Sequence record: PP885686.1
Reading direction: 5' to 3' (one strand)
Source: Tunturiibacter phage Tunturi_3
DNA: 24,000 nt
In this document: piece by piece, positions 22,864-24,000 of the stretch
Numbering within the stretch: position 1 is the first letter of the stretch
Layout: every line of letters starts with the position of its first letter
The notes under the pieces: model-generated
What the model was told of the DNA's origin: nothing
The model's input: only the letters and a program-made list of their open reading frames with translations
Database searches by the model: none
Translations under genes and position numbers: made by a program

Positions 22864-23058
22864 TTATGCTCTCCTTGTCAGTTCTAGTTTAGCAGCTTTA
22901 GCAGTTGCTAGTACATCCGCTGAGATACCGAGTTGGCCTAGGTTGCTCTTCACATAGTCGTACAATTGTTCATTGCTCCACCGCTGCACTTCTAAGGTGG
23001 CACGGATAGCGCGAACGGCATACGCTGATTCTTGCGGACTAAACTTTCCTGCTGGCAT
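22864..23058 (-). CDS. 64-aa paralog (MPAGKFSPQESAYAVRAIRATLEVQRWSNEQLYDYVKSNLGQLGISADVLATAKAAKLELTRRA)
   Basis: ORF track; shares IRATLEVQRWS and AAK(I/L)ELTRRA with the neighbour. Confidence 0.75.
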   Translation of the reverse strand: MPAGKFSPQESAYAVRAIRATLEVQRWSNEQLYDYVKSNLGQLGISADVLATAKAAKLELTRRA

Positions 23059-23059
23059 G

Positions 23060-23656
23060 TTATTCTCCCTTCCCTCTAACTGCTATCCAGACAATCGCCT
23101 GTAACTCTGCAGGTTCGAACCCTAGGCCGTTAGCTACTCGCTGGTATGCCTTTGTTAGGTCTTCGTACCTGTATTGTCTATCGAGATGGCCTAACTCCTT
23201 TGGGTCAGTCACACCTGCAGCGTAGCATGCCCATACATCGATGGTTACTCGCTGCATGTCTCCACAAAGGTTCCAATAGAAGCTGGAGACTTTGGGACCT
23301 GATACAGACTCCGTGCCCAACTCACCTTTAGCGATGCGCCACGACTTGTCTATATTGGTATTGAACCCTGCACAGATAGGAGGGACAATAGAATCCTTAG
23401 CGCGTAGGACTGCACGGACTGATTTTAGGTTGCTACTCCATTGTTGGCGCGGGGAGAGTACTGCGCAGATAGCAGCAAGGGTATAGACGTTTGTAACCCC
23501 ATATTGCTCACCTATGGCTAGTAGGCTAGCCTGAGCACTTGCATACCAATTCTTACCATCTACTAGCATCGCTGGAGTAGCGGTATTGAATGCTCGTAGA
23601 ATGTTGCGCTCGAATCGAAGGAGACGCTTATACCTTTGTTGTGTAGTGAGTGGCAT
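23060..23656 (-). CDS. conserved phage protein, 198 aa, possible helix-hairpin-helix/glycosylase-like fold
   Basis: CAVLSPRQQWSSNLKSV...SGPKVSSFYWNLCGDMQRVTIDVWAC. Fold assignment is a weak inference. Confidence 0.55.
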   Translation of the reverse strand: MPLTTQQRYKRLLRFERNILRAFNTATPAMLVDGKNWYASAQASLLAIGEQYGVTNVYTLAAICAVLSPRQQWSSNLKSVRAVLRAKDSIVPPICAGFNTNIDKSWRIAKGELGTESVSGPKVSSFYWNLCGDMQRVTIDVWACYAAGVTDPKELGHLDRQYRYEDLTKAYQRVANGLGFEPAELQAIVWIAVRGKGE

Positions 23657-23934
23657 TAGACAAGCTCACTTTCCACCACTGTAGCAGTGATAAGCACGGC
23701 ATCTTGTTTGTTGTTGGCCTTGATGAAGTTGGCAATATCGCGGACGTATCCAATGCGCGTATTCTGGTAGATACCTTCAGGTATCAAGAACTCGAAAATA
23801 ACCGTTTTCTCTGCTACCTTTTCCCAGACTCCAGACGCGTCATAGACCGTATACGCGCTAAAGTAATGGCCAATGACTGTTACAACTTCATCGCGGTTTA
23901 CGTCTTCGGTATAGATGCGGACTAGCTTTTCCAT
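23656..23934 (-). CDS. hypothetical protein, 92 aa
   Basis: AAGGAGATAAA before ATG. Confidence 0.6.
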   Translation of the reverse strand: MEKLVRIYTEDVNRDEVVTVIGHYFSAYTVYDASGVWEKVAEKTVIFEFLIPEGIYQNTRIGYVRDIANFIKANNKQDAVLITATVVESELV

Positions 23935-23968
23935 TTTATCTCCTTGGTTCCTGCTAATAGCAGAGTCA

Positions 23969-23991
23969 GACGCACCCTGTTAGGATGCGTC
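23969..23991. promoter_or_regulatory. near-perfect palindrome GACGCAcCCTgttAGGaTGCGTC overlapping a TTGACG -35-like box
   Basis: 9 of 10 possible base pairs around a GTT centre. Confidence 0.55.
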
Positions 23992-24000
23992 AAGCTCCAC

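Noticed and set aside
13173-23576. CAGCGR enrichment explained only as Chi-like AGCGG sites
   Set aside because: About half the copies are CAGCGA, which lacks AGCGG, so a pure B. subtilis Chi explanation does not fit.
1-24000. CRISPR array, tRNA or rRNA genes
   Set aside because: No regularly spaced identical repeats and no recognisable cloverleaf or rRNA sequence found by reading; tRNAscan-SE/Infernal would be needed to exclude divergent tRNAs.

Overview
Dense, almost entirely minus-strand gene array (about 57 mostly small, often overlapping ORFs) typical of an early/middle region of a large bacteriophage or phage-like element. Recognisable genes: a truncated RNA ligase of the DRB0094/Rnl5 type at the left edge (absent from the supplied ORF track because it runs off the window), a DEAD/DEAH helicase with an out-of-frame N-terminal piece, an HNH endonuclease, a HAD-type phosphatase, a T4 Rnl1-like RNA ligase, a PD-(D/E)XK nuclease, a catalytic-domain-only tyrosine recombinase, a UBP-type zinc-finger protein, a possible ADP-ribosyltransferase-fold protein, and a Ycf46-like AAA ATPase / DUF1257 (Ycf35-like) / DUF2997 cluster. 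Main findings: (1) the AAA ATPase has its Walker B segment N-terminal to its Walker A segment, i.e. an apparently permuted AAA core inside the Ycf46/DUF1257/DUF2997 module; (2) the asymmetric motif CAGCGR on the coding strand is essentially absent from 1-13,170 and occurs about 59 times from 13,173 to 23,600, with very few copies in the other orientation; (3) a predicted H-type pseudoknot with two perfect 8-bp stems at 15976-16023; (4) sigma70-like promoters embedded in the 3' ends of upstream genes, two of which imply leaderless transcripts; (5) two different RNA ligases plus a phosphatase, suggesting an RNA repair set; (6) duplicated gene-junction cassettes, tandem paralogs and several Cys-rich micro-ORFs below the ORF-track size limit. 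Family assignments are from motif recognition only; no database searches were run.
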